Shown in pieces: positions 49,698 to 63,050 of a DNA stretch of 64,000 nt (its first letter is position 1; every line of letters begins with the position of its first letter). Position numbers and translations under genes: made by a program. The DNA lies in NCBI GenBank assembly GCA_001179505.1, contig CDMY01000311.1, forward strand, positions 1 to 64,000, given 5' to 3'. The notes below the pieces were generated by a model. The model did no database searches, was not told where the DNA came from, and saw nothing but the letters and a program-made list of their open reading frames with translations. Origin of the DNA: Vitrella brassicaformis CCMP3155. Taxonomy: Eukaryota; Protista; Chromerida.

Positions 49698-51163
49698 TCA
49701 TCGGTGGTACTGCCCGCCAGGCGGCATTTTGGGGTAGCTGGGCATCGGCCCCACCGGCATCGGCACGCCCCCCATGGTCGTCACCACACGCGGCGTCGCC
49801 CCGGCCGCCTGTTGGCCGCTAGTGCCGGGCGGCTGCTTGCTCAGCGGCTGGCTCTGCGGCAGCAGGTTGCTCGGGGCAGTCGTCAAACCTTCTCCACCTA
49901 TATCGGTCCTGACGAGCAGAGAATGGGAGATCCAACGCAGAGACAGAGAAGATATATGTGTCGGTGGAGTGGGGTGGGTGTTGGGTTTGGTCTCTCACTT
50001 CCTCGCCCCTGTGCTTGGTCCTAGGCTGAGCCGACCGCCCCCACCCCCTCCCCCACCCCCTCCCCCTCCCTGCTGCTGGTGCTGGTGGTGGTGGTCGGAT
50101 GTAGGCAGCAGGCTGGTTTTGGAGCCCTGCTGCTGCTGCTGCTGCTGGGCGGCCTGGCCTTTCTTCTTCTGCTCCTCCAATACCCACACCTACACACACA
50201 TCACACATGACAGATGTATATGGAGTGGAGATGAGATGGGTGCGTGTTGTGTTGGTGTGAAGTGTGGGGGCGGTTGTGCGTGTGTGGGGGCATGCATGGG
50301 GTGGATGGGATGGATGGTGTGCCCTGCCTGGCTCTGTAGTCGGTTGAGTGCTGCGGTGGTGATGCGCTTGTGGTCGAAGAAGTCGGCGGACAGACCCGTC
50401 AGCTTCTCGTGCAACACGGCTATCTCCTCCTGACATGAGAACACACAAATAGAAACATGGATGCCATGGCCTCCCTCGTGCGGTGTGGTGTGGTGGGATG
50501 GGAGGTGTGAGCGCGTTTTGCGCGTTTCCTTCAGGACTGACCTGTACGGCGGCTACGTTTTTGTTTCCGTCCAGCTTCTCCTTCTCGATGCGGCCCGACA
50601 ACTCATGTAGACGACCGTCCAGATCGCCCAGCTGCATGACCACACACACAGCACAACACAACACAACACACAACAAACACATCACACCTCCATCCATTCC
50701 ATTAGTTAGTCATTCCCCCCGTGTTGTGTGTGGTTGTGCTGTGGTGTGGTGTGGTGTGGTGTGCAGGTAGGTACCTACCTTTTGGAATATGCCGTCCTGC
50801 AGTGTCTGAGACTGTTTCTTGATCGCAGCTATCTCGTTGGTCGTCACGTTGATCGTGTTCTGCGTCTGCACCATGCCATGCCATGCCATCCATCCATGTC
50901 AACCCCCCCAACCACATCCCCGCGGCCACCTTAGCCCCCACTCCCACCTGGACTAGGTTGCTCTGTAGCTGCTGGTGCGTGTTGGTGTACGCCTTGTCGA
51001 GCGCCTTGAGCTCTGAGGCTTTGTAGTGCGCCTGCTGCTGGAGGGTGCTCAGCTCGCTCTCGAACTCGCCATCCGACGAGGCCTTGGTCTTGACCAGACT
51101 GCTGATCTCCGAAAAGGCGCTACCCAACTTCTCGCGCAGATCCGTCAGCTGCGACTGCACCCA

Positions 51164-51200
<37 letters not shown>

Positions 51201-51735
51201 AGGATGAGGTCGTGCGAATCATGGTTTCTCGTCTCTCCTTTTGTGGACGGTGGCTGATGCCCACATGCGCACCTACCTGCATCTGTGTCTGTATGGAGGT
51301 GCTATGTCGTTTGAACTCGGTGAGGTCCTGGTTGTTGGCCGTGATGCCGTCGCGGATGATGCTCATCTCGGACAGCAGCTGGCTCAGCGACGCGCTGCTG
51401 CTGCTCTTCATCTCCGTCAACCACTGCGCAAACGACTGGACCGTCATATCAACATCCTGACCACCGCCACCACCAACACCACCAACGCCACCACCAACGC
51501 CCACAACACCTGATGCCGCCGCCGCCTGCTGCTGGTGCTGCTGGTGCTGGTGCTGGTGCTGGTGCTGCTGGTGCATCTGTGTCGGCTGTGTGTGAGAGGA
51601 GGGCGGGATGGGCGCCTGTGTGTGTGAAGTGGGTGGAGCGGAGGGATAGCTGTGGCCGGCGGGCGGTCCTGCAGGCTGGAGAGGCACACCAGGGCCGGGA
51701 GCGGGACGGCTTGGGCCCAGCTGAGGCGCCTGCAT
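49698..51735 (-). CDS. Coiled-coil protein with Pro/Gln-rich termini (possibly cytoskeletal/pellicular)
   Basis: Heptad-like exons SQLTDLREKLGSAFSEISSL.., QLGDLDGRLHELSGRIEKEK and EEIAVLHEKLTGL; likely start MQAPQLG at 51735. Confidence 0.7.
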
Positions 51736-51903
51736 CCTCCTATGGTGTTTCCTATGCGATCGCGGCTCGCTCCCTTTCTGGACGACGGCCAGAACGAGAT
51801 CTTCCGGCCAGCTTCCAGGCTCAGCTCGCACCGGTTCTTTTCGCATCCGTCCACCACGATATCTGATTGTATCCGCTGCCTGTGCGGGTCGCTCCGCGCC
51901 GTG

Positions 51904-52828
51904 ATGGGTGAGTCGCCCGGCAGCAAGCTGCAGCACACCATCAGGATGCACATGCGCGGCAACTATCTCAAGGACCTCACGGCAGATCCGCGGACAGCCG
52001 GCAAGGAGCTGCTCGTCCTGCTGCACAGACATGGCGTCAAAGGTAGGTGTGTGAGCAAGATCTGACTGAGGAGAGAGAGATCTGGCAGCGTCGTGTCGGC
52101 GTGATGAGTGTGTGTTGTTGCGTTGCGTTGCGTGTGGTGGTCAGTGTTGGCTATGGATTTCGACAACACGATGACGACCGTTCATTCGGGCGGTGTGGTC
52201 GACCCGCATCATGACAGTCGGGGCGTACTCACGGTGAGGGAGGGAGGGAGGGATGGAGGAAGATGCATATGCCTGCCTGCATTGTGTGTGCCTGTGGATC
52301 TCTGCAGTCGCTGTCGGCTCCGGTTGCGTTGTTTGCGAATGATGCGCATGAGTTGGGTTTCCAGCTGTGTGTGGTGACCTTCAGCGACCCCAACAGCCGC
52401 ACCGACGACAGCCAGCTGGCCGGCGAGTCGCTCGTGCAGGCCGTCATGCGCAATGCCAACGCCACAGTGCCCATACAGAGGGTCTACCCATTCTTCCCTA
52501 GGTAGGTGTGCACCGCACCTGACCATACCCCACACACCGCACCGAGAGAGGGTGTGTATGTTGTGTGTTGTGTGTGGTTATGGATAGGAATTACCAGGCC
52601 CCAGACGAGTACGGTGTGTTGGGGCTGTCAGGTCCGATGGCCAACAGCAAGTCGTATCACCTCAACCGCATCTGTGCCGACTTCGGCGTCAAGCCCAACG
52701 AGGTGTTCCTCATCGACGACGACGTCCGCAACTGCCTCGACGCCATGCGCGAGGGCTACCCCACCCTGTGGGTCAACTCGCCCGGCTTCGACTTCGACAA
52801 ACTCAAGAACCCAGAGGAGGGCAGCTAG
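51904..52828 (+). CDS. HAD-superfamily hydrolase/phosphatase-like protein
   Basis: Motif I VLAMDFDNT (DxDxT), motif II VVTFS, motif III Lys in SKSYH, motif IV FLIDDD. Confidence 0.85.
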
Positions 52829-53319
52829 CTAACGTGTGGGTGGGTGGCCCTCCGGCATATGATATGTATGTAGATCGTCAAGCAAGCTGCGTAGATTTAG
52901 TAGTCAGTCGTTGTGGGAGGGAGGGAGGGAGGGAGAGAGGGAGGGAGGGCGGGTGGGTGGCTAGTTGGTTCGGGGAGGGTTGTGTGTGTATGGTATGCAG
53001 TTTGTTGCTCCATGGGCATGGCACACCTCTGCGTGTGTGTGTGTGTGTGTATTTGTTTGTTTGTAAATGAGTGGCAGGCTGCTGAAGGTGCTGTGGGTAT
53101 ATGACGTGACGTCATCTGCGACATCTGTGAGTGAGTGCAGTGGGGAGGGACACTGCAGCCTGTCGGGCCAGCCGGCTGTGGTCAGTGAGTGAGGGGCGCA
53201 GACCAGACCGAAACGCCACATTGAAAAGTGGTGGATCGGTCTCCTCCGCACCCTTCAGCCTGACTGCCTGGCCGACATCTGAAAGAGACTGAGATGCTGG
53301 CTTTGGCTTACAGTGGGAA

Positions 53320-55607
53320 TCAAATGAAATCATTCATGTCAAATCCATCAGTGTCCGTACGCCGCGGCGTGTGTCCACACACACGTACGTTGCAACCAAG
53401 CCAGCACGAAACACACACACACACAGAGCACACAGAGAAGAGAGGAGAGGAAGGCATTGGGGGAGGGGAAGGGGAGGTCGCATTCCGACTGGACCGGACG
53501 GACCACCCAGCCACCCAGGCAGCTAGTCAGCCAGCCAGCCATGCAGTTAGCTGTACAGCCTTTCCCTGTTGCCGGAAGTCGCCGCATCTGAACACACACA
53601 CAGCCGCGCGCAGGCACCCACCATTCTCCAGGCAGACGTCAGCGATTCGAGTGTCCCTCACCGATGACGTTCCGCTCATCCTTAATGGACGAGGCAAGCT
53701 GCTCCAACTGCCGTGCACACACACCACACAGCCACACAGCCATCCAATGGTGCGGCTGCAGTGCATTCATCATTCCTCCCCCACCGCCTCCCTCCCTCTT
53801 TGCTCACGGGTTGTATCAGCTGGTCTACGCTGATATCCTCCTTGGCCGCGTTGGCAAAGAACGACTGCAGCACACTTATCGGCACCTGCGAGTCTGCAGC
53901 GCACACACAACACATCACAACACAACACATCACAACACAGGACAGCCAACAAAGGCCTTCCAGCAGTCCACCCACCCATCACTCCCCGCAGCCCAGCCCC
54001 TCCCTCTGTGTCTCCCATCACCCACTTTGGCACTTGGCAGCGATCTTCTGCACACTCTCGGCCTGCTCGCCAGGCAGCTTCTCGGTCAACAAGTCGGTCA
54101 AGGCCTCCTTGCCCGACAGAGAGAGCTCGAATTTTTTCTGGAACCTGTGTGGCATCATGAGGAACTTCTCGAGCTCGGAAGGGATGTTGAGGGGGGTGAG
54201 GATGATGACCAGGAAGCCCCGGGGGTCGTGCACGGCCGTGTTGAAGACCGACTCGAGGTGGCGCAGGAAAACCGCACGCTCCGAGGAGGGAATGTGCTGG
54301 TAAAATTGAACCAGGTTGTCGAGAACAAGGATGGAGTTCTGCTCACACAGAGACACACACACAGAGAGAGAGAGAGAGTTGGGGAGATAGAGGGCTGTGG
54401 GTGTCTGTCTTTTGGAGAGGGAGGGAGTGGGAGGAAGTGGGAGGGGGGAAGGTGTTGTGTGTGTGTTGACCCGACCAGTGGTGCGCAGGCCATTGCTGGC
54501 CCGATAGACGAGTAGGTGTGTTCGGTGACGGGCAGGTAGCACATGGATTTGTTGTGCCTATGCGCGCAGTAACGCACCATCCAGTGCTTCCCTGCAGACA
54601 GACGTTGACACACACACATGGAGACAGACACACATGACACCTCTCTACCTCTCTCTCTCTCTCTGTATGTGTGTGTGTGTCTCACCAGAGGCGGCATTGC
54701 CACATAGGATGATCCCCCTTTGGTAGGCGGTGCTGTGCTCGTGATAAAACTTGGGGTTTTTATAGAACCAATCGACGTCATCGAAGGCCCTCTGCTGCGT
54801 CTTGGATGGCGTGTGGTCCGCCACAAATATGGCCTGCCGCTGATGCCACGCACCCTCCCTGCAGACACACACACAACACACCAACACACACACAACACAC
54901 ACACACACACAAGAGACACATGGTGGAGGTGTGAGTGGCGCATTGTGCACCAACGAACCAACCAAGAGTATATCTGGACGACCCTGTGTTCTGGCGCCTT
55001 GATGAAGCTCCTCAGCGCCAAGTCGATGAGTGCGATGTTCTGCTCGTAGGTGTCGCTGTGCAGGATGAGGCAGGCCTCCATGCTCTTGGTGGGCTCCTTG
55101 TGCTCCACCCGCACCTTCAACCCATGCTCCTTCAGGTCGATCAGATGAGAGCCGTAGTCTATCGTGCTGCAGTGCAGGGCAGTGCAGGCAGGGAGAGAGA
55201 GAGAGAGAGGAAAGACAGACAGACAGACAGACAGACAGACATGAGGAGAGAGAAGAAGAGACCGCACTGTCAGGAAGCCTCTGAGAGAGGGCTGGCTGTA
55301 TGTGTCTCACTACTCACATTTTCAGATAGGCTGGGTCTCTCTGTGTTGACACAGGGGGGAGGGAGAGGGAGAGGGGGAGAGGGGAGGGGGAGACAGAAAG
55401 AGAGACAGGACAGCATGCCATGCCATGCCATGATGCACACATGCACCCGCTCATCCACCCACTGCAGCGCTGTCTGTCCCCGGGGCTTGGCTTGCTTACG
55501 TAGTCAGGTCTTGAGGCGATGATGACCGCATGTGGGGCGACATGGGCGAGGAACGCGCTCAGCTTGCCGTACAGATGGTCGCTAGAGTACACCTTGGCCG
55601 TATACAT
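53320..55607 (-). CDS. BCS1-like AAA+ protein with degenerate Walker motifs
   Basis: AFDDVDWFYKNPKFYHEHSTAYQRGIILCGNAASG|KH resembles the BCS1 pre-Walker A signature; ILVLDN Walker B; LMMPHRFQKKFEL second-region-of-homology-like segment. Confidence 0.7.
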
Positions 55608-55885
55608 GTATGGCGATCGAACAAATCACACACACACAGCACAGCCAAACTCAGCGCCCCATCCACGAGAAGCGGGCTGATGGGGGAGCGCAATCCAGCG
55701 GCGAAAAACTCTTGAGGCTAGTGTAGCTGCTGCAGCCAAACAGTCTATCGTGATAGATAGGAGAAAGACGTGGAGATGGCTTCTGATTTTGGCCGCAATT
55801 CAGCAGGGTTTGGGTGTAGGGTTTCAAGACACGGAAGCTCGCAATCAAGCTCGCAGTCCGACGACGAAACTCGCGTCGACAAGCC

Positions 55886-56543
55886 ATGGCGAAGCGAACC
55901 AAGAAGGTGTGACGGAAGAGATGGCTGGCGAGATCCGACATCTCGCGTGAGATTCGCCCCTCACCTCTCGTCTGTCCCTGTGCCTGCGTGTGGTGTGTTC
56001 AGGTTGGCGTCGTGGGCAAGTACGGGACCCGCTACGGCGCGAGTATCCGTAAGGTGGTGAAGAAGATCGAGATCTCGCAGCACCAGAAGTACATGTGCGA
56101 CTTCTGCGGGAAGGTGCGCACACAGAGAGAGAGCAGGGGGATGGCGGGGAGGGATGGGGAGGGAGGGGAGGAAGGCAAGAGCTCTCGACATGGCATGGCG
56201 AGGCGGGCATCTCTAGAGCTCTCTCTCATATCACGTTGCCATGCCACAACGTTGCCTGTTGCTTGGCTTGTGTCTGTCCGCAGGTAGCTGTGAAGAGGGT
56301 ATCCATGGGCATCTGGTTCTGCCGCGCTTCCAATTGTCAGAAGACCATCGCGGGAGGCGCATGGCAGAAAACGTAAGACAGCACCAGCCAGCCGTTTCCC
56401 ATGCACTCACTCCCGAGATAATGTCGTGTGGTGTGTGGTGTGCGCGCGGGCTGTGTGTTGGTTCATTCAGCACTGCGTCGGCGATGACTGTGAAGCAGAC
56501 CATCAACCGCCTGCGCAAGATGCAGCTCGAGACTGCCGACTGA
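55886..56543 (+). CDS. RPL37A: 60S ribosomal protein L37a (eL43), 4 exons
   Basis: MAKRTKK|[26 protein letters not shown]|[19 protein letters not shown]..|[16 protein letters not shown]. Confidence 0.98.
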
Positions 56544-58407
56544 GCGTGCGCCTGTTCGTGTCGTTTATGCGGACAGGTGCGCGGACATGGCGGCGGTGCG
56601 AGGGGTGTGGTTTCCTGACTGACGGCAGCTGGCTGAGATATGACGCGAGCGACTTTGACAGACAGTAGAGTGGATGGGATGGATGGACGACCGGACTGCG
56701 GATGGGCGTGTGAATGATGTGTGGCCATTCATTCAATGTGCCTCCCTCCCTCGTGTGAGTGAAAGGCAGGCGGCCATTCACTCCGCTCCACTCCACTCCC
56801 GCTCCACCACCTTGCCTGGATCGATCATGATATCAGCTATATATTAGATAGACAGATAGATACACACACACACGTATAGACGTAAACGAGTCAGTCCATC
56901 CGGAGTGAGTCCCCGGCCGGCCGTGAGTGCGTGAGCAAGACAAGACCCACACGCACCCACCCCGCCCCACCCATGGCCATGCAAAGCAATGCAATGCAGC
57001 ACAACCATCCATCTGACAGTCCCTAGACTACCTGGCTAGGCAGCACCTTTCTTTGATCTGATCCAAGAAGAAAGAGGGCAGGCAGGCAGTCACGCAATCA
57101 ATCACGATCGCAATCAATCAATCAATGCGTCATGCCTGTCATTGAGCTAGTGACTATACTGCAGCGTAGCAAGCAAGGGATGGACACAACACACACACGT
57201 ACCGCACCGCATCCGACCGGACCCCACCCGCCTGGCCACCCACCACACTGTCTGCAACCTGTCTGTCAGTCAATACATACGCGAACATACACACGTTTTT
57301 AGACTACATGGGGACTCAGTCAGGTGCTGGTGCGGTGTTTGCGGTGCCTGTGGTGTGGTGTGCTCGCTTGCCAGCCGAGCCGAGCCGACCAGTCAGCTCA
57401 GCGGTATGTCTGATACCCACCGCCCAGCCAACCAGCCAGCCAGCCAGACGCCAAGGGCGTTTTCTCACGTGTCTGTCCATATGCAATCACTCATCTGTCA
57501 GTCAGTCGACTCGATTGGTGCCTACCTGAGAGTGCCGTCATGGTGAAAGATTGTATGGCTGGTCTGTCTGCCTGGCTGGCTCTCTCATCGATGAGTAGTG
57601 AGTGTATCGTATCTACAAGCAACAGTTCCTCTCTGTCGCTCCGTCGGCCGTCCTCGGGCCGGCCGGTCATTTGCTAGGAAGTATTTAAAAATGTGTGTAT
57701 GCGCTGCGGAAACACAAGGAAAGAATCCAGCATCGAATTGTCGATATGGATGGATAGCCATACCCCTCATCCCCCCCCCTCCCCCTCCCGCCACCTCCCG
57801 CACACACACGCAGACAATGAACGGGCAAGGATCATGCCAAGTACCTGTCTGTCTGGGCCATCCATCCATCCATCGGATGCATATCTAAGCCGAGGGACGC
57901 ACGTCGGCCTTGAAATGACCATGGAGCTATAGAGGGAAACACCCGAAGGACCCCACCCCACCCGGAAGTGAGAAAGTCCAAAGAAAGCAAGAAACAACAA
58001 AGGGCACCAAGAAGACACCCCGCCCTCTGTGTGTGTGATGTGATGTGATGTGGTGTGATGCCGCAGGTAAGGTAAGCCAGGTACACGTCGGCTTCCCTCC
58101 CTCCCTCCCTCCCTCCCACCTCAACTCCGAGCAAAAACCCCTCTCATACACGACGAAGGCAGGTATGCAACGCTCCCTACCTCAATCCATCCATCCGACC
58201 CCCCCTCCACCCACTCATCAAATCAGTGCACTCACTCACTGCCCTCACTATGCCGAACGGTCAACTGCCCCCCGCCCGCACACACACAAGTCTTGCTCTC
58301 TGTGGTGCACCACGGCGGGGAGCCAGCCAATGGATCGATCAATGGGTAAGGTATCTATCTACCAGATGAGCTCGGCCGTGGGTGGGTTTCTCGACGGACT
58401 GACGGAT

Positions 58408-61400
58408 CTACATGCCCATGCCCCGCCAGCCCTGTCCAGGCCCCTGTTGCTGCCTCGGCCCGTGTGGCATCGGCGGCCCTCGCATGCCGCCGTTCATGTT
58501 GACCCCGGACGACGGCTGCATACACATGCCGGGCGGTCCACCACCAGCACCTTGGCGCATCTGCTGCTGCTGCTGCTGTTGGTGCTGCTGGTGCACGTGA
58601 GGAACACCGTGCATGTTGTGGCCATGGCTAGGGGGGCCGGGTGCAGGTTGAGATGGCGGCTGGAACTGCTGGGAGGGGGGGAAGCCGCCGCCAGAAGGAC
58701 CAGGAGAAGGACCGCGCATGCCATTCTGGGGGTGCGGACCTGCTGGCCCACCGCCACTGGGCGGTCTCCCGCCGCCAGATGGTGCCGGCCTGCCCTCCCC
58801 ACCCCCCACTGCACCTGTGCCGCGGCGGCCAGCAGGAGCACCGCGGCCAGCAGGAGCAGAAGGAGCACCGCCGCCGCTTCCGCCGCTTCCGCCGCCGCCA
58901 CCGCCGGCCAGGGGTTGCGGGCGACCGGATTTGGAGGCGTCTTTCTGTCCCTCTTTCCAGAGGTCCTTCCAGAAGGACTTGACCATGTCCTGGACCTCGG
59001 GGCAGCCTTGGGGTAGGCGGGCGGACTCGTCGACGAGGCTGCTGACGAGGGCGCCCACACGATCCACCGCTGCCATGGTGGCCAAACTGATGGGAGGAGG
59101 ATAGGATGTGCAAGGGAGGGCACAGAAAGAGCAAGTGTGAGAGTGAAGGGGTGGTGGGTGAGTGAAGCGGGTCACCCCCGCTACCAGCCCATTTACTTAC
59201 CCTTCGATGAGATTCTTGGTCTGCTCCATGAAGTTGCTGCTCAGCTTCAACTGACCCTTTATGTCGGCAATGCGGCTGCAGACACACAGACACACGGACA
59301 CTCACACATACACACAGACTCTTTCCATCCCCCTCTCGTCCAGCTCTGTGCTTACTTGAACAGGCGCTCCTTGTCCCTGTCAGATGCCGGTCGCCACGGC
59401 TGTCGCTGCTGGTCGAACCCGGGAGGCGCGGCTGCAGGGCCAGCACCCCTCCCACGCCCCCCACCCACCGCCGCAGGCCCCTGGCCATCCGCGCCCACAC
59501 CCCGACCGAAGCCGCGCCCCATCATCCCCTGAGCAGCCGCACTAACAGGCACCCCCCTGCCCGCAGGCGCAACCCCTCGGCCCGCTGGGGCTGGGGCACC
59601 GCCACTCGGCTGCGGCTGCGGCTGCTGTCGGGACGGTAGCTCCGGGAAGTTTGTGCTCGATGCCAGTGGGGGGCCGCGCGGACCTGCACCTGCTGCACCT
59701 GGCCCTGGCCCGCCCCCCATTTCCCCACCAGCACCACTCCCGGGCCTCTGCTGCTGCCCCGGCTGCTGCACCATCCCCGGCTGCTGCACCATCATGCCGG
59801 GCGGCACACCGCCACCGGATGGCTGTGGCTGCGATGGCTGTGGCTGCGATGGCTGCTGCTGATGCTGCTGATGCTGCTGCTGATGCTGCTGGTGGTGTGG
59901 TCCGCCCATGCCGGGAGGGTCCCTCGGACCACCTGGCCCCCGCGGACCCACAGGGCCCATTGGTCCCTGTTCCCCGCCAGGCCACCCAGCCGCAAATGGT
60001 GTGTAGCTCGGGGGCCGGCCGATGTTGCCCGCGCCTGGCCCCGGCTGCTGCTGCTGCTGCTGCTGCTGGGGTTGTTGGGGACGCATCGCGGGTGGACTCT
60101 GATGCTGCTGTTGCTGTGTTCCGGGCAAAGGTCTCGAGAAACCGCCCGCGGTAGCCAGTGCCTGGGCAGGGGTGGGCACCGGCGTGTTGTTGAGCGCCTG
60201 GAACGGCACACCAGGAGGCCCGGTGGCAGACATCTGCTGCTGGTGCTGCTGGTGCTGCTGCTGGTGCTGCTGCTGCTGGTGTTGCTGCTGTTGCATGGGT
60301 GCAGTGGGTGGGTGTGGTGGTCGCTGCATGCCCGCGCCAGGGCCCGCCCGCTGTTGCTGCGCTGCCTGAGCCTGTGCCAGGAGCCGTTGCTGCTGCTGCA
60401 GTGCCTGCTGCTGCTGGATGTGTTGTTGTTGCTGCTGCTGCTGCTGCTGCTGAGGCGCCATCGGGCCCCCAGCAGGGCCAGTGGGCGGCGAAGCGAGTGG
60501 GCGAGGATGGATCTGCCCCTGCTGCTGGCCGCCAGGAGCAGGGGCTCCGGGTGCGGGAACGCCAGGTGGCACCATCGGCGACGGCCCCCGGATGGGTGCC
60601 TGTGCTGCCGGTGATGGCACCGGGCGCATCGGAGGGGCTCCTGCTGCTGCTGTGGGTGGCCGCTCGGGGACGTTGGGCGGTGGCATCTGCTGCTGCTGCT
60701 GTGGCTGCTGCTGTGGCTGCTGTGGCTGTGGCTGGTCGCCCGGGGTGGGCATGCGCCCGTTGGGCTGGGGATGGGGCTGGGATTGAGGGTGAGGCCGGGG
60801 TGCTGGCTGCTGCTGTTGCTGCTGCTGCTGTTGCTGCTGTCGCTGCGGCGGGCGCTGAGCCAGTGGCGACTGTTCGGACTCGGTGTCGTCCTCTTCCTCC
60901 TCCTCGTCTTCGTCCTCGTCGCCGTCGTCCATGTCATCGTCCGACGGCTGTGGGAACCTGGCCTGCTGCTCCTGCTGAAGCTCCTGCCGGCGCTGCTCCT
61001 CTATACGGTGCTTGGGGTCAGCGCCCCTCATGAGGTCTCGAGCGATCAACTGCAGCCATGCATGCAGACAACGCATCACATCGACAGCCGAGAGGGAAGC
61101 AGGTCAGGTGAGACAAGGAGAGGGAGAGGGAGAGGAAGAGGTGGTGGGGGGTAACTAACTAACGGGTTACGGACTGACTGACCTTGATGGCCTCGTAGCC
61201 GAATGCCCGGACGTTCTCGCGCAGCTCCGGCTTCGTCAGCCCGTCAACCACACACTCAGGCACTGACAACCAACACACACGACACAAACAAAGAGAAGGA
61301 AGAAAGCGTCGTCCGTGAACTGCTCTGCGTGGATGGGATGGGCAATGAATGGGTGTGCTGTGTTGTGCTGTGCTCACTTTGTGTTTTCATGAGGACGGCG

Positions 61401-62942
61401 CGCCGCAGGAACTCTACAGGTATGTCGGCGTCACCGTGAAGGTTGGGCCCGCCCTGCCCCTGCCCGCCGCCAAACACGCCGTTGGCCATCATCGCCTCCT
61501 CGCCCCCCCGCTGCCGCACAATCCGCTCCTGTTCATCATACAAGGCGCGCACCGGGTCGAGAGGCTCGCTCGGCTGCGAGGGCGGCTGCCCGGCACGACC
61601 CACTAGTGGTGGAGGGCCGCCCTTGCCCTTGCCCTTGGGCCGCGACTCGGGTTTCTTCTGGGTGTCTGGGTTGGCCTTCATGATGCCCGCAGACGCGTAC
61701 GCGAAGGGGTCGTGCGTGGGGCCCTGCCGCTTGTCCTTGCCGGGTGGCGGCGATCCGCTGGGCATGGCCACCCCGTCGCCCCCCGTGTGACCACCGTGTT
61801 TCTTGCCCCTCTTCTTGCGTCCGGCCTGCATCTCCACAAAGGACCTCTCGTCGTCCTCCGACGGGGACCGCGCGGCGGCCTCGTTTGTTCGCTCGCGCCA
61901 GTAGTCCTTCTCGCGCGCCACCAGCTCGGTGTAGTCCACCTGCTCCTCGCCGTCGGGGGCCTGGTCGTCGGGCGGGATGACGGGAGTGCCGCCACTGCTG
62001 GACGAGGGACGGGCATTCTGACCAACACACAACACAACACGCCAGACGGGAGGGAATGGGTGTGGCGTAGTGGGGTGGGGGNNNNNNNNNNNNNNNNNNN
62101 NNNNNNNNNNNNNNNNNNNNNNNNNNNNNNNNNNNNNNNNNNNNNNNNNNNNNNNNNNNNNNNNNNNNNNNNNNNNNNNNNNNNNNNNNNNNNNNNNNNN
62201 NNNNNNNNNNNNNNNNNNNNNNNNNNNNNNNNNNNNNNNNNNNNNNNNNNNNNNNNNNNNNNNNNNNNNNNNNNNNNNNNNNNNNNNNNNNNNNNNNNNN
62301 NNNNNNNNNNNNNNNNNNNNNNNNNNNNNNNNNNNNNNNNNNNNNNNNNNNNNNNNNNNNNNNNNNNNNNNNNNNNNNNNNGGGGGGGGGGGGGCATGGT
62401 GCCAGGCTGATCTAATCTACCTGGTCTTGGTTGTTGTTTGGGTTGTTTTGCTGCTGCTGCTGCTGCTGTTGTTCCTGTCTCCTGCGCTCTTTTTCCTCCT
62501 TTTGCTTCTTGCGGAGCTCCTCCTCGTCCTTGGTCGTCCGTATGGCGTCGTAGATGGCCTGCTCGTCACGCAACGCCTCCAGACGCTCCTGCGGCAACCA
62601 CTCCACGAAGTTCTCACGCACTGCAGCCATACGCAAACCCACCACCCCACACGACAGTACACACATAGGAAGGTCCTCATGTGGTGTGTGGTGTGTGGTG
62701 TGTGTGTCTTACGGCTATCTTCAGCCAAAGGGTCCTCGGGCTGGAGTGGGTGGAGTCCCCGCGCGACGCGGAAAGTGCGCTGGAGGCGCTCCTTGCGGAA
62801 GGGCGTGACGGGGCGGGCCTTCAGGACCTCGACCTCCTTCCTCTTCGACAGACCTTTCAGGTTCTGACCCAACGAACGAACAACCCATCACACGGGCACA
62901 CAGACGGAGAGAGATACACACAGAGAGGGTCGAAATGTGCCC

Positions 62943-62977
<35 letters not shown>

Positions 62978-63016
62978 CGTGCGTCTGTCTGTTTTTCGCT
63001 GCCTGCCTGCCTCCCT

Positions 63017-63050
<34 letters not shown>

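Noticed and set aside
51736-52032. N-terminal extension of the minus-strand ORF to 52032, overlapping the HAD gene
   Set aside because: It overlaps the clear HAD first exon; the downstream ATG at 51735 is a more plausible start
56600-58400. 1.8-kb non-coding stretch with some plus-strand GTAAG donor-like sites
   Set aside because: Microsatellite-rich convergent intergenic/UTR sequence; no coding bias or recognisable RNA structure
59542-61033. Long plus-strand ORFs opposite the polyQ/P exon
   Set aside because: Antisense shadows of GC-rich CAG/CCG-biased coding sequence
62082-62381. ORFs spanning the N run
   Set aside because: Artefacts of the assembly gap
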